From: Nemertoderma westbladi | Taxonomy: Eukaryota > Animalia > Xenacoelomorpha | DNA: 64,000 nt | Reading direction: 5' to 3' | Assembly: GCA_032718475.1 (NCBI GenBank) | Contig: JAUCBJ010007487.1 | Span: forward strand, 37,272 to 101,271 | Part shown: positions 20,388 through 32,890 of the stretch, in pieces | How positions within the stretch are numbered: position 1 is the stretch's first letter | Layout: each line of letters begins with the position of its first letter | The notes under the pieces: model-generated | The model's database searches: none | What the model was told of the DNA's origin: nothing | The model's input: the letters and a program-made list of their open reading frames with translations, nothing else | Program-made: the position numbers and the translations under genes

Positions 20388-21571
20388 TGTAAAAGCTTTT
20401 GCTGAATTGTCCGGTTATTTTTCCTTATTTTTCCCGTAAAATACTCTGTAGTTGGTTTACCAGGCATAAAAAGGCCGTGTCCTTGCTGTACTGGTGTTTT
20501 AGCGGACATAAAAGCTATTTCTTCTGTATTTGTACTTTAGAGGACATAATCCGTAATTCCGTGACGTAAAAGCTCAATACTCTTGAAAACAGTGTCGCTA
20601 CCATGACGACGGCTAGCAGCTGATATTGCTACGTCGACGTTTCTTTGTTTCTTTGTTCTCTCGTTGTTCAGGTTGACCAATCAGAGCGTTTGTTGTCTCT
20701 GTGTTGGAGGTGTATACAGAAACTCAGTAGTTCAGTGTTATGTTTTTGCCCAGAGCCTAAGAACCGGCTTTTGGCACCTCCGTGTTTTCAGTTTTTAGTC
20801 CTACACTAGTAGGCTTAATTATAAGGACATATATCCGTTATCTGCATACTGCAGTACTGCATACACTGCATACTGTGTAACACTGTGCATACTTTTATAT
20901 TGTTATACTGCTATTTACTGTCAGTTCTTCATAATATGGTTGATGAATTATTATATTTGGAATAACGACAAATAACCCCGAAAACCCAATATTCTTGATA
21001 TACCGAAGGTAAGAGAGAAAGGTTACAGATAAATGATTGCGACCTATGTTGATTGGTTTGAAGTGAATCTAATGTTATTTGATAGACCCTACATGATTCG
21101 GTCCGTGTTCCTTTTATATGTGACTAAAATCAGTGAAGATCGGCAGATCAGTGTGCAGTATTGTGCAGCATTGTGTATGAGTGAGACTGATAACGAAGCA
21201 TTTCCTAAAGAATGCGCCATATATGTGAATTGTAACTAAGCTATATCGTTGTGAGTAGTTTAAGTCATAACTCTGTTTGTATAGATAGAGCGCCACGTCC
21301 TAAAGGAACTGTTAATATTTCCCGAAGGTGAATAATATTGTCAGAGATTATATAATACTGTCAGTCGAATAATACATTAGGCTTACATAGCAATAAAATT
21401 AAGCCGTCGAACCCAATCTCCCGGGTATATCCAGCGGGTGAATGATCGCGCACAGATTGGTTTCGACTAGTGTAGTGAATTAAATACTTGTCATAGACTA
21501 AAGGTGATTTATTATCTAGAAGACATCCTAATTTGGCGGGTTAAACTGCCAAAGGTCTGAAAGCGCGAACA
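20388..21571 (+). repeat. 3' LTR of BEL element 1
   Basis: TGTAAAAGCTTTTG...GCGCGAACA. The 3' part matches the 5' LTR; the 5' ~420 bp does not. CCAAT box near 20677. Confidence 0.92.
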
Positions 21572-22379
21572 GTTAGTTAAAGATTGGCTTGTGACTTATT
21601 GTTATATGATTTAATTAATATAATTATAATATAACAACTTATTATATTGTGATTTTCAAGCTCACGTCGAGGATTAGTAATGTGAGTGGGAAGAGGCAGA
21701 ACCAGACAGTCTAGTAAAACAGTCTAACTCCAAAATAAAGTATATAAAACAGTCTAAAACTAATAAAGCATAGTAATGGAATAAGATATGAAAGTTATGA
21801 GTCGCTGCATAGGGTGCTGCATAGAGTGCTGCACTCTGATTGGAATAAATTTCATGAAATTCGTGAGTTTGAATTGCGAATTAGTTTTGGATCACCTCTC
21901 ACCTCATCTTTTTTCCTCAATTGAGTAGACAGACAGACAGACAATACTGTAAAACGTTGCAAAGTACTGTACCACATAATACAACATCGAATAGTAAATA
22001 ATTTCACATAAACAACATTAATATTGCAATAATTTTGACATTCAAATTGTAAACATTAAACTAAATAATAAATATCCTTACGTTCGTTCTGTACCAGCAG
22101 ACCGGAATTCTAGTTTAGCTGTCAGAGCTTTATTGTCAGTAATTAAATAATACAGTATACTCGAAGCTTAGATCAATTGTAAGAAGTAGTAAGTGAGTGT
22201 ACTGTACGGAGTGCCTGTAATCTAATATAGTTATGTCAATTCGGCAACTTTAAGAAAAGGTAAATAAAAATGCTTATTTATCATTTAAAAAAAAAAAAGG
22301 GGAAAAAAGGATAAATTCGATAAAAAAAGGGGATAGCCAAAAAAAAGGAACCGCTCCGCTAAGGAGGGCTGCAACATAC

Positions 22380-22569
22380 CCAAGCATTTTAGTAAGAAAT
22401 CCGTGAGATTGTTGCGGGTACATCCAACCCTGTAGATCCCCTCCTCCACAATACTCCCTTCTATCGCATCCATGCATTTTCGCATAAAATGCTTTCCCTC
22501 CTTATTCAGAAAACACATACGCTCCACTTGTTTAACTTTATTCGCTTCTATTCGCAGATTCTCATCGCT
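22380..22569 (-). CDS. Exon of BAR-PH-RhoGAP gene (start of RhoGAP domain with arginine finger)
   Basis: ttttag acceptor, gtatgt donor. SDENLRIEANKVKQVERMCFLNKEGKHFMRKCMDAIEGSIVEEGIYRVGC resembles the GRAF RKCI.A.E.RG...GLYR motif. Phase 0 in, phase 1 out. Confidence 0.85.
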
Positions 22570-23190
22570 CTAAAATAAATCACAAAGTTTAAATGTAAAA
22601 TTAATTATATCCGAGTAATATTAGCCCCATGCGGTTAACTTTGTATCCCTACTGAATACATACCTAGATTAGGATTAATTGAGATTGCAACATTTAGTAA
22701 TTATCATTCAAAATTGATACACACGAGATACAATACTAGTAATTCCATGGAAAACATAACTTAATTAATTAGTGTGGAATTAATTTCGCACTACCAAATG
22801 GTACAGGGCGACATATGTTCTAACTTTATATCGCAGTGCGACAATATTTCCCAGTATGTCATAACTCCACGTCGAGATGTATTCGGCCAGATGTATGTCC
22901 AATATTTTCAGTACTTTGTTTAATTTACAGTGGTTTGAATTCATATTATACTAATTAATTACTGATTGCGATTCCCACCAATCACCCATCCATTCTCAAT
23001 CCACTAAATTACTTTGACGGAACGAGATAAATAAGCTAATTATTAAAATATTATTTTTATTTAATTTTAATTTGTATATTTAAAGATAAATGGTACAAAG
23101 ATAAACCCTTATTTACATTTTATATAAAAATACTATAAACGGACTGCATAATCAGAAATGATTGGTCTATAAAATATTGGAGGTGTTTCG

Positions 23191-23350
23191 TTGGTTAACC
23201 CAAGCTTGAGCCGCCTCCGCTTTAAAGGACATTGCTTTCCAGTGAAGTCCAGCCTGTGCACAATCTTGTGCTTTTGGTATCCCAATGGAGTAAATAAGCA
23301 TGGTGGACGACTGCCCATGACTTTCTTGAGGACAGTCTGTGACTTTCTTG
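23191..23350 (+). mobile_element. RTE-like LINE fragment, same family as 20-320
   Basis: RLRFKGHC...WYPNGVNKHGGRLPMTFLR shares GVNKHGG with the fragment at the window start. Confidence 0.65.
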
Positions 23351-24461
23351 AGACGCAAAGTCATGGGGAATAGAGAGTTGTGGCGGCGCAAATTTGTCGA
23401 TAGGCCGGCGTAGCATTCTTAATGCACGCTACATTGGACTTTCCAATTATGGATTGCATGGTGGTGACAAAAGGTTTTCGTCAAGCCAGCATAGCATCTC
23501 AATGTGCAGCTTCACTGCAGCATGCCGATTGTAGTAGTAGTCTGATAGCACGTTGATAGTTCTTGTCATTCCTGCCCAGCACAAAACATCATCATATAGA
23601 TGCAGCTGCAATAACTAAGATACAGCAATAGTCTGATATCCAGATTACACAAATCTGCCTTTGCTCATACCATTACACCTTAAGACACTAAAATAGGTAA
23701 CTGAATATGAATTACACTGTATTAACTAATTAACAGCACAACACTGACTGAATGGATATAGAATAAAGGTGAAATATGATGTCGAATCACATACTGAGTA
23801 TCTACAAATAGCGGTTCTCTATTGGCTAATCAGTAAGGTGATAATTGGGTGATGATTAGGTTACTATTCACCTGGAGAGCAGTAACCTGATAATATATTG
23901 CCCCAATAAGATTTTACAATGTAACATGGGTTGAATCACGATGCAACCCCTTGGCAAAACCAATAATGTAGAATTAATTTAGGGTAATTAGATCGCTCTA
24001 TAATTTGGGGGTTAGATAAAACTGAATAGATGGGGTTTGTGAAATGAGGGTCAGAAGCGCATGCACTAGGATTATAATCCGGAAAAATGTTAATAAAATG
24101 GAAACAATTTTTTTTAAAGGTGAACTATAAATAATTTACTGATTAATCAATCAGTCAGGGGATCAAAATAATTATAAAATAATGTTTCAAATTTGATAAA
24201 ATGTGATCTTCTTGATCTACAGTACGAATTTAATTATCCATTCCCCTGGATTCATATTTGCCAATATGGGTCCAAGTGTATCTCTCAGAAAATCAAGTTT
24301 CAAGGGTGTTTGGTTTTCCAAATGTGGCCAGGTATACATTGTGTGCAATGGGGAAGATATGGATAAATGTTGGTACATATGATTCCATGGGAATGAATAA
24401 TTAAAATGGTACTGTATCTATCTATAAACGGCTGCATTGCAGCTGTACATTGAGATGCTTT

Positions 24462-24620
24462 GATAGATAGATAGATAGATTTATTTATACATTATGTAAA
24501 AACAATATCAAATACACCAAACAATGTACCGGTATACTGGTATAAAGGTATTGTCCAACATAACATATAGGATTACCCCTAAAGCTTTGCAGCTTATTTC
24601 CAAGGGGGTCCTTTATGGCT
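24462..24620 (-). mobile_element. Probable LINE/SINE 3' tail with (GATA)n
   Basis: (GATA)n-TTTATT microsatellite tail interrupting an older repeat whose other copy lies at 23361-23522. Confidence 0.4.
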
Positions 24621-24777
24621 TAACAAAACAATTTGTGTGATCTACATTTGGCTTGCTGTGGTGCAGCGTGCATTACGAATGCTATGCCGGCATGTCGATA
24701 AAATTGAGCCGCCACAACTCCCTCCTATCCCCCATGACTTTCACGAGATTATCCGCATCTTCAACTTCAAGGTTGAC

Positions 24778-25749
24778 CTACAGGTCGTTGAACTCTGGCT
24801 TTGTTTTAGCCATTGCGCTTTGGAAGGATATGATTGTATCTTCGCTTTGAAGAAGGCCGCCATTCATATTGAGTACTTGTCTCATCCCCTCCTCAACAGT
24901 GCGATCCTGACTATAAACCAGACTTATTTTAGTTCCCTGAACCGCAACCGGCGACAACGCTGCGATCCTATTGGCTGTCTCCATGGCAACGGCCAACGAG
25001 GCATCTGCATCCGCCTCTAGTCTGCTAATTAAATTAAAGTCCCTGGCCTCCTTGGAGTCAAACTTCCTGGCAGTGTAGCAGACTTCCCGGGCCCAGCTAT
25101 GGTTACCCGTCACCTTAGGCAACCGCTGTAGGGTCCCCAAATCTGCCACAAATCCCATCTCGACCTCCTTTACTTGGAACCAAGCGTCTAGCGACGCGTA
25201 TCGGACATCGCACGCCGTTACCAGGTCCACCGCCGCACCCAAACAAGCACCGTGTACGGATACAACCACCGGTTTCGGGCACTCCTCCACGGCGTTAATC
25301 GACTCCTGGAACTCGCCAGCAATCCCACGCATAGAGAACCAACGTCGCCCTGGTTCCAACTCCGCTGTACCCATAGCGAACGCTTCCAACGCAGGCAAAT
25401 CGATCCCCGAGGAGAAAGCCAGTCCCTCCCCACTCAGTACCACCGCTCGGCATTTATTGTCCTTCCCCAACTCGGAGAAACACTCGCGGATTTCCTCGAA
25501 CACTTTTAGGTTCAATGCGTTGCGTTTCTCAGCGCGGTTTAGCCGTACGTGCGCTACGTAGGACGCCGGTCGGCTCACGTCCAACGTAGCGAACGAGTAA
25601 TCGCGAGTTCCTGTATATTTAAACCGCGCCGGTACCGGTAGACCTGGGTTGCAGGTCGGGGAGGAACCGAATCCAGTTACGTTTCGGTTCACTTTACTGA
25701 TACCAGTGCAGTGGAGGCATCGTCGAAGTGGGGTTTTAACAATCAACAT
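24778..25749 (-). CDS. ECH1: Delta(3,5)-Delta(2,4)-dienoyl-CoA isomerase (crotonase family), intronless
   Basis: HVRLNRAEKRNALN, FSSGIDL, ECPKPVVVSVHGACLGAAVDLVTACDVRYAS, KEVEMGFVADLGTLQRLPKV, SPVAVQGTK. Arg-rich N-terminal presequence. Confidence 0.93.
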   Translation of the reverse strand: MLIVKTPLRRCLHCTGISKVNRNVTGFGSSPTCNPGLPVPARFKYTGTRDYSFATLDVSRPASYVAHVRLNRAEKRNALNLKVFEEIRECFSELGKDNKCRAVVLSGEGLAFSSGIDLPALEAFAMGTAELEPGRRWFSMRGIAGEFQESINAVEECPKPVVVSVHGACLGAAVDLVTACDVRYASLDAWFQVKEVEMGFVADLGTLQRLPKVTGNHSWAREVCYTARKFDSKEARDFNLISRLEADADASLAVAMETANRIAALSPVAVQGTKISLVYSQDRTVEEGMRQVLNMNGGLLQSEDTIISFQSAMAKTKPEFNDL

Positions 25750-26383
25750 ACCGTTAATTGATGATGGAGTTATTATATTAATATTAAATAATATTAAATA
25801 TCGTATTAGTTATTCAGAGGGGTCTCTAATGAATTAACATTTCTTGTTTATTGTTTATGAACAATTCCCACAAAGTTCAATCAGCAATCACAACTTCTAG
25901 TATAACTATAAAATATAATATATGGATTGGATATATAATTATGATGTAAATAGAAAAGATATCTCATGTAATATTTGGAATAAAACATACTCTACTCACC
26001 ATATACACTCAATAATAAACTCTTTTGTATAATCTAACACCAAATAAACATAAGCATATACTGTACGCCTATATTCGACTAATTATTACGACTAAATATT
26101 AATTTTAATTACCTATGTAATTTAAAGGGATATATTATACTTATATATAGTTTTCGTACTTATATAGCGCAAGTCGTATAATTATCAGTGCCAATATTGT
26201 TACAGTCCTCCAATCGTTAATACTGAATTACTGTTCATTTACTGGAGTATTTCTCAGAAGGGGCAGTACCAAGGTCGCCTTGGGTAGTACTGATTACAGT
26301 TTATAGTAATATACGTTTGTATACAATATGTCATACCATATGAAGATATGTGATAAGTATACAAATACAAAAAGCATAAACGT

Positions 26384-26482
26384 CAGAGGCGTAGCTATAG
26401 GGTGGGTAGGAGGGGTTTCTTGCCCCCTGGCGCCAAAAAGTTCGTTTAACCCCGGGTGAAGAGAAACCAAACTACGCCTCTG
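26384..26482. mobile_element. Tiny hAT-like MITE
   Basis: TIR CAGAGGCGTAG / CTACGCCTCTG; no matching 8-bp TSD. Confidence 0.5.
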
Positions 26483-28329
26483 ACTACTGTAAAAACCTAA
26501 AATATAAAACACTAATTAAGAAGAAAAGTTCTAATATCATAAATGCATTTTAATTATATTAAATTGAAACGACTTAATAAATAATTTCATTTGTCATATT
26601 AAAACGTTTAATGTATTAAATTATTTAATTACGCCATAAATTAATTATACACTGTAATTGTGAATAACCTTTTTTCACCCGGGTGAATAACATCCCTTAT
26701 CAGAGTCAACTGCTCTTTGGGGCCGTTTCCCAGGTTGCGGATTGGGATTACATTTCACTTCACACATCGCACGATTTGATATTTTGATTTGTCTTCTTAT
26801 ACGACGTGTATTACAATAGACGGGAGGCATTTTGTTTGGTTGAAAATTACAACTTATTCACAGGTTTTACTGTACAACGAAGGCTACCTGAACTACAGGC
26901 AGCCTTGTGTTTAAGGTACTGTATATTAATTATTTTGTTATTAACTATATTTAACTTCATTATCTTTAGTTTATAAATAATAATTAGTTCAGTGGCTTAC
27001 TGCATATTGTCACTGCTGTGAAGTTATATTGCACATGCAGAATCTTAATCGTCGGTCAGATTTTGATGACTGGTGATTATTACAAGTCTGAAAGTCGGAA
27101 GTCTAAAATTCGTTATTAATAATTGAATTATATTTTCTTATTGTTATATTTGATATTCTACTGATAAACTCAATTTGTCATTGTTATTTGCTTAATATTT
27201 CGCCGCTATTACGGAATCAAGGAAGTTTTCCACGCGCCACAACCAGGTAGGTCGCTATAGCTAAGCGTTAGTGATAATCTGGACAATTACATCAGATTTA
27301 TGTGTGCCGTCGTACCTCAAACTTAATAAATAATTAATATATGGCGATATTTCAGACCATCATTACAAGCGAAGCTCTTATTATTAATTACATCACGACT
27401 GAGAGTTGTCACAAATTGAATACTGTAGAAATATCAATATAATTAGACCAGAGACTTGTCGCAATACGATTCCTCTAAAGGGAAACACAGTCACCAGACT
27501 TGAGTCCTTACATACTGTAATTAATTAGTCAGACATTTGCTTGTTATACTGTGTTGCCACACCCTCCCGCTACTGTATATCAGTGAAATATAATAGACGA
27601 TCAAATTCCGTATTAGACTGAGCGAAACATAGAGCAAATCAATACATTGTGGAAGAAAGGGGAAATAAATACTGTAGATACACCAGAGCGGCCTTCGTTG
27701 AAGGTACACTAGCGCCATTCCCGTTTAATCAGACCGGACATTAAGATTCATTCCTGCATGTTTTATAAGTGACCGGAAGAAGTCATAATATATGAAAATT
27801 AACCCATTAAGTCCTAAGGTCTACATTTGTAGACCCATGCAATATGGTGCTCTCAATTAAAAGCTGTACCAATTTATTTAGTATTTTCACTATAAATCAG
27901 ACTTAGAGGCATGGGAGTACTATTTAAAGTAAATTTTAGCCCTCATGTTCGCAATACTAACATCTGACAAAAGCTCAATTTTAGTGAATTTATGCAAAAA
28001 GAGTACGAGTCAATTCAACTCTAATTTTAGGACGAAATTTGCCTCATGTGACTTGGAGGTGCAAATATTATCATCCCTGATAATTTCTGAACATATAAAT
28101 GAATTATGAAGCTCCCAACAACATATAATTAGAATTCGTGATGTCCTGAATGAGCAAGTCTACAAATGTAGACCTTAGGACTTAAGGGGTACAAATATCA
28201 CTGAAATTACTGTAGTACAGTATATACTGTAATTTCAGAAGACATTTCATACAGGAATATGGATACAGGATACAGGGGCTCATAATTTCACCTGACATAG
28301 AGTAGGTACTGTACAGTCGGGCACTTTGT

Positions 28330-28580
28330 CAATATTGACATGTTGTCAATATTGACATGTTCCATGTCAAAATTGACATGATGTCAATATTGACATGTTT
28401 TGATCATAAATTTTTTAAATATTATAATTTGAAAAGTAGAAAATGTTTTTTTGTAAAGAGAATATCTATTTTAATTAAAATATTGTTGAATCCAACCAAT
28501 GTATATTGTTGTTTGTAATAATTTTAATGATATGTTTTATTGCATGTCAATATTGACATCTAATGTCAATATTGACATGA
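28330..28580. repeat. Clusters of the palindrome TGTCAATATTGACA
   Basis: Four copies at 28328-28398 and two at 28545-28580. Confidence 0.8.
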
Positions 28581-28659
28581 ACGCTAGGTTCTTATGTTCA
28601 TTTCAACCCCACCAAATCTATTTAGAGGCCTTCAAGAAGTCAAGTAGCATCACAAATAC

Positions 28660-29445
28660 TGAAACGAGCTGTCAAAACGCTTTAGTTAGAGACATTCTTG
28701 CTGCATTTTAAATACTGAAAAGAGCTTTTGAAACTATTCAGGCCTTCGCGCAGCATGTTAAATACTAGAAAAGAGCCACTAAAACTGTTCAGAGTCCTTT
28801 GTGCAGCATGATAAATGCTGAAAAGTGCTGTTGAAATTGTTCAGAGGGTATCATGTATCATGAGAAAAACTGAAAAGAACTGATAAAACTGCCCAGGGGC
28901 CTTCGCACAGTTTGAAAAATACATAAAAGATCTCTCAAAGCTGCTCAGAGACCTTTGTGCAGCATGATAAACGCTGAAAAAAGATTTTGAAATGAAACTA
29001 TTCAGAGCTTTTTGCAGCATGATAAATTCTGAAAAGAGCTGTTGAAACTGTTCAGAGGTCTTCGAGCAGCTTGAGAAAGACTGAAAATAAGTTTTGAAAC
29101 TTTCAGGCCTTCGCACAGAAGGTGAAATACTGAAAAGAGTTGATAAAACTGTTCACAGAGTTCTTCATGCAGCATGATAAATGCTGAAAATAAACAGTTG
29201 AAATTGTTCAGATGGCTATGTGCAACATGAGAAAAGCTGAAAATTGCTGTTGAAAGTTATAAAACTGTTCAAAGTCCTTCATGCAGCATAAATGCTAAAA
29301 AATAACATTTGAAGTTGTTCAGAGGGCTTTGTGCAATATGAGAATGCTGAAAATAGCTGTTGAAACTGTTCAGATGCCTTCGTGCAGCATGATAAATGCT
29401 GAAAAGGGCTGTTGAAACTGCTAAAAGGCCTTCATGCAGCATGAT
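28660..29445. repeat. Degenerate ~48-50-bp tandem repeat
   Basis: Recurring GCAGCATGATAAATGCTGAAAAGAGCTGTTGAAACTGTTCAGAG-like unit. Confidence 0.85.
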
Positions 29446-29449
29446 GCAT

Positions 29450-29930
29450 GTGTCTGCACCACTGTCTGCACCAGTGTCTGCACCACTGTCTGCACCACTG
29501 TCTGCACCACTGTCTGCACCACTGTCTGCACCAGTGTCTGCACCACTGTCTGCACCAGTGTCTCCACCACTGTCTGCACCACTGTCTGCACCACTGTCTG
29601 CACCAATGGCTGCACCCGTGTCTGCACCACTGTCTGCACCACTGTCTGCACCAGGTGTCTGCACCACTGCCTGCACCACTGTCTGCACCAGTGTCTGCAC
29701 CACTGTCTGCACCAGTGTCTGCACCAGTGTCTGCACCACTGTCTGCACCAAAGTCTGCACCAGTGTCTGCACCACTGTCTGCACCAGGTGTCTGCACCAT
29801 TGTCTGCACCAGTGTCTGCACCAGTGTCTGCACCACTGTCTGCACCAGTGTCTGCACCACTGTCTGCACCACTGTCTGCACCAGGTGTCTGCACCACTGT
29901 CTGCACCAGTGTCCGCACCACTGTCTGCAC
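29450..29930. repeat. 12-bp minisatellite (TGTCTGCACCAC/G)n
   Basis: Directly visible; gives low-complexity ORFs in all six frames. Confidence 0.95.
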
Positions 29931-30165
29931 ATATTTTTGCACAAAATAAGTGTATTTTTGTACCCTTGAAGTCCTAACGTCTACATTTGTAGACCCTATG
30001 TAAAATCTATCTTCCCATATATGTACGTTAACCAAAGTTTGGAATTTTCTTAATAGGTCCACTTTATGCTCACAATAAAAATTTCAAGAAATTTCATTGA
30101 AGCATTCATGGTCCGGGACTTGCTGGGTTAAGATTGAAAGAACGTCTTTTTATCAAATGCCTAAC

Positions 30166-32870
30166 ACTTAGTTCCAATTTAAGCCTCATGCGAATTTAGT
30201 TCCAATTTAGGCGAAGTTAATGCCAATAACTAGAGAAAATCGAAAACGAATTTAGTTCCAATGTATGCGAATTTAGTTCCAATGGATGCGAATTTAGTTC
30301 CAATGGATGCGAATTTAGTTACAATGGAAGCGAATTTAGTTCAAATGGATGCGAATTTAGTTCCAATTTAGGCGAAGTTAATGCAAATAACTAGAGAAAA
30401 TCGAAAACGAATTTAGTTCCAATGTATGCGAATTTAGTTACAATGCAAGCGAATTTAGTTCCAATGGATGCGAATTTAGTTCCAATAGATGCGAATTTAG
30501 TTCAAACGGATGCGAATTTAGTTCAAATGGATGCGAATTTAGTTCCAATGGATGCGAATTTAGTTCCAATGGATGCGAATTTAGTTCCAATGTATGCGAA
30601 TTTAGTTACAATGCAAGCGAATTTAGTTCCAATGGATGCGAATTTAGTTCCAATGGATGCGAATTTAGTTCAAATGGATGCGAATTTAGTTCAAATGTAT
30701 GCGAATTTAGTTCCAATTTAGGCGAAGTTAATGCCAATAACTAGAGAAAATCGAAAACGAATTTAGTTCCAATTTATGCGAATTTAGTTCCAATGGATGC
30801 GAATTTAGTTACAATGCAAGCGAATTTAGTTCCAATGGATGCGAATTTAGTTGCAATGGAAGCGAATTTAGTTCCAATGGATGCGAATTTAGTTCAAATG
30901 GATGCGAATTTAGTTCAAATGGAAGCGAATTTAGTTCCAATGGATGCGAATTTAGTTCCAATGTATGCGAATTTAGTTACAATGCAAGCGAATTTAGTTC
31001 CAATGGATGCGAATTTAGTTCAAATGGATGCGAATTTAGTTCAAATGGATGCGAATTTAGTTCAAATGGATGCGAATTTAGTTCAAATGGATGCGAATTT
31101 AGTTCAAATGGATGCGAATTTAGTTCAAATGGATGCGAATTTAGTTCCAATGGATGCGAATTTAGTTCCAATGGATGCGAAATTAGTTTCAATGGAAGCG
31201 AAATTAGTTTCAATGGAAGCGAACTTAGTTCCAATGGAAGCGAATTTAGTTCCAATGGATGCGAATTTAGTTCCAATGGAAGCGAATTTAGTTCCAATGG
31301 ATGCGAATTTAGTTCCAATGCATGCGAATTTAGTTCCAATGGAAGCGAATTTAGTTCCAATGGAAGCGAATTTAGTTCCAATGGATGCGAATTTAGTTCC
31401 AATGGATGCGAATTTAGTTCAAATGGATGCGAATTTAGTTCAAATGGATGCGAATTTAGTTCCAATGGATGCGAATTTAGTTCCAATGGATGCGAATTTA
31501 GTTCCAATGGATGCGAAATTAGTTTCAATGGAAGCGAACTTAGTTCCAATGGAAGCGAATTTAGTTCCAATGGATGCGAATTTAGTTCCAATGGAAGCGA
31601 ATTTAGTTCCAATGGATGCGAATTTAGTTCCAATGGATGCGAATTTAGTTCCAATGGATGCGAATTTAGTTCCAATGGATGCGAATTTAGTTCCAATGGA
31701 TGCGAATTTAGTTCCAATGGATGCGAAATTAGTTTCAATGGAAGCGAACTTAGTTCCCATGGATGCGAAATTAGTTCCAATGGAAGCGAATTTAGTTCCT
31801 ATGGATGCGAATTTAGTTTCAATGGAAGCGAACTTAGTTCCCATGGATGCGAATTTAGTTGCAATGGAAGCGAACTTAGTTCACATGGATGCGAATTATT
31901 AGTTACAATGGATGCGAATTTAGTTCCAATGGATGCGAATTTAGTTCCAATGGAAGCGAACTTAGTTCCAATGGATGCGAATTTAGTTCCAATGGAAGCG
32001 AACTTAGTTCACATGGATGCGAATAATTAGTTACAATGGATGCGAATTTAGTTCCAATGGATGCGAAATTAGTTTCAATGGAAGCGAACTTAGTTCCCAT
32101 GGATGCGAATTTAGTTCCAATGGAAGCGAACTTAGTTCCCATGGATGCGAATTTAGTTCCAATGGAAGCGAACTTAGTTCACATGGATGCGAATTATTAG
32201 TTACAATGGATGCGAATTTAGTTCCAATGGATGCGAAATTAGTTTCAATGGAAGCGAACTTAGTTCCCATGGATGCGAATTTAGTTCCAATGGAAGCGAA
32301 TTTAGTTCCAATGGAAGCGAATTTAGTTCCAATGGATGCGAATTTAGTTTCAATGGAAGCGAACTTAGTTCCCATGGATGCGAATTTAGTTCCAATGGAA
32401 GCGAATTTAGTTCCAATGGAAGCGAATTTAGTTCCAATGGATGCGAATTTAGTTCCAATGGATGCGAATTTAGTTCCAATGGAAGCGAATTTAGTTCCAA
32501 TGCATGCGAATTTAGTTCAAATGGATGCGAATTTAGTTCCAATGTATGCGAATTTAGTTCCAATGGATGCGAATTTAGTTCCAATGGATGCGAATTTAGT
32601 TCCAATGGAAGCGAATTTAGTTCCAATGGATGCGAATTTAGTTCCAATGGATGCGAATTTAGTTCCAATGGAAGCGAATTTAGTTCCAATGGAAGCGAAT
32701 TTAGTTCCAATGGAAGCGAATTTAGTTCCAATGGATGCGAATTTAGTTCCAATGGAAGCGAATTTAGTTCCAATGGATGCGAATTTAGTTCCAATGGATG
32801 CGAATTTAGTTCCAATGGAAGCGAATTTTGTTCCAATCTTTCAGGTGTGGGGCGAGCCGCGTAGTTGGCG
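30166..32870 (+). repeat. 21-bp satellite array (GCGAATTTAGTTCCAATGGAT/A)n, left arm of an inverted pair
   Basis: Starts ACTTAGTTCCAATTTAAGCCTCATGCG, has three higher-order spacer blocks near its outer end, ends GGGGCGAGCCGCGTAGTTGGCGAA. Confidence 0.95.
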
Positions 32871-32890
32871 AATAATCTGTCTGTTTAAAA

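Larger units (their letters stand above)
4225..21571 (+). mobile_element. BEL/Pao LTR retrotransposon, full length, probably chimeric
   Basis: TGT...ACA LTRs at both ends, single gag-pol ORF with BEL domain order, purine-rich tract before the 3' LTR. No target-site duplication (CTCTG vs GTTAG). Confidence 0.95.
27803..30127. mobile_element. Non-autonomous piggyBac-like element carrying internal tandem repeats
   Basis: TTAA|CCCATTAAGTCC...GGACTTGCTGGG|TTAA. The motif AGTCCTAAGGTCTACATTTGTAGAC recurs at ~27810, ~28158-28184 (inverted) and ~29970. Confidence 0.65.

Noticed and set aside
29269-30062. Cys/His-rich repeat ORFs
   Set aside because: 12-bp minisatellite open in all six frames.
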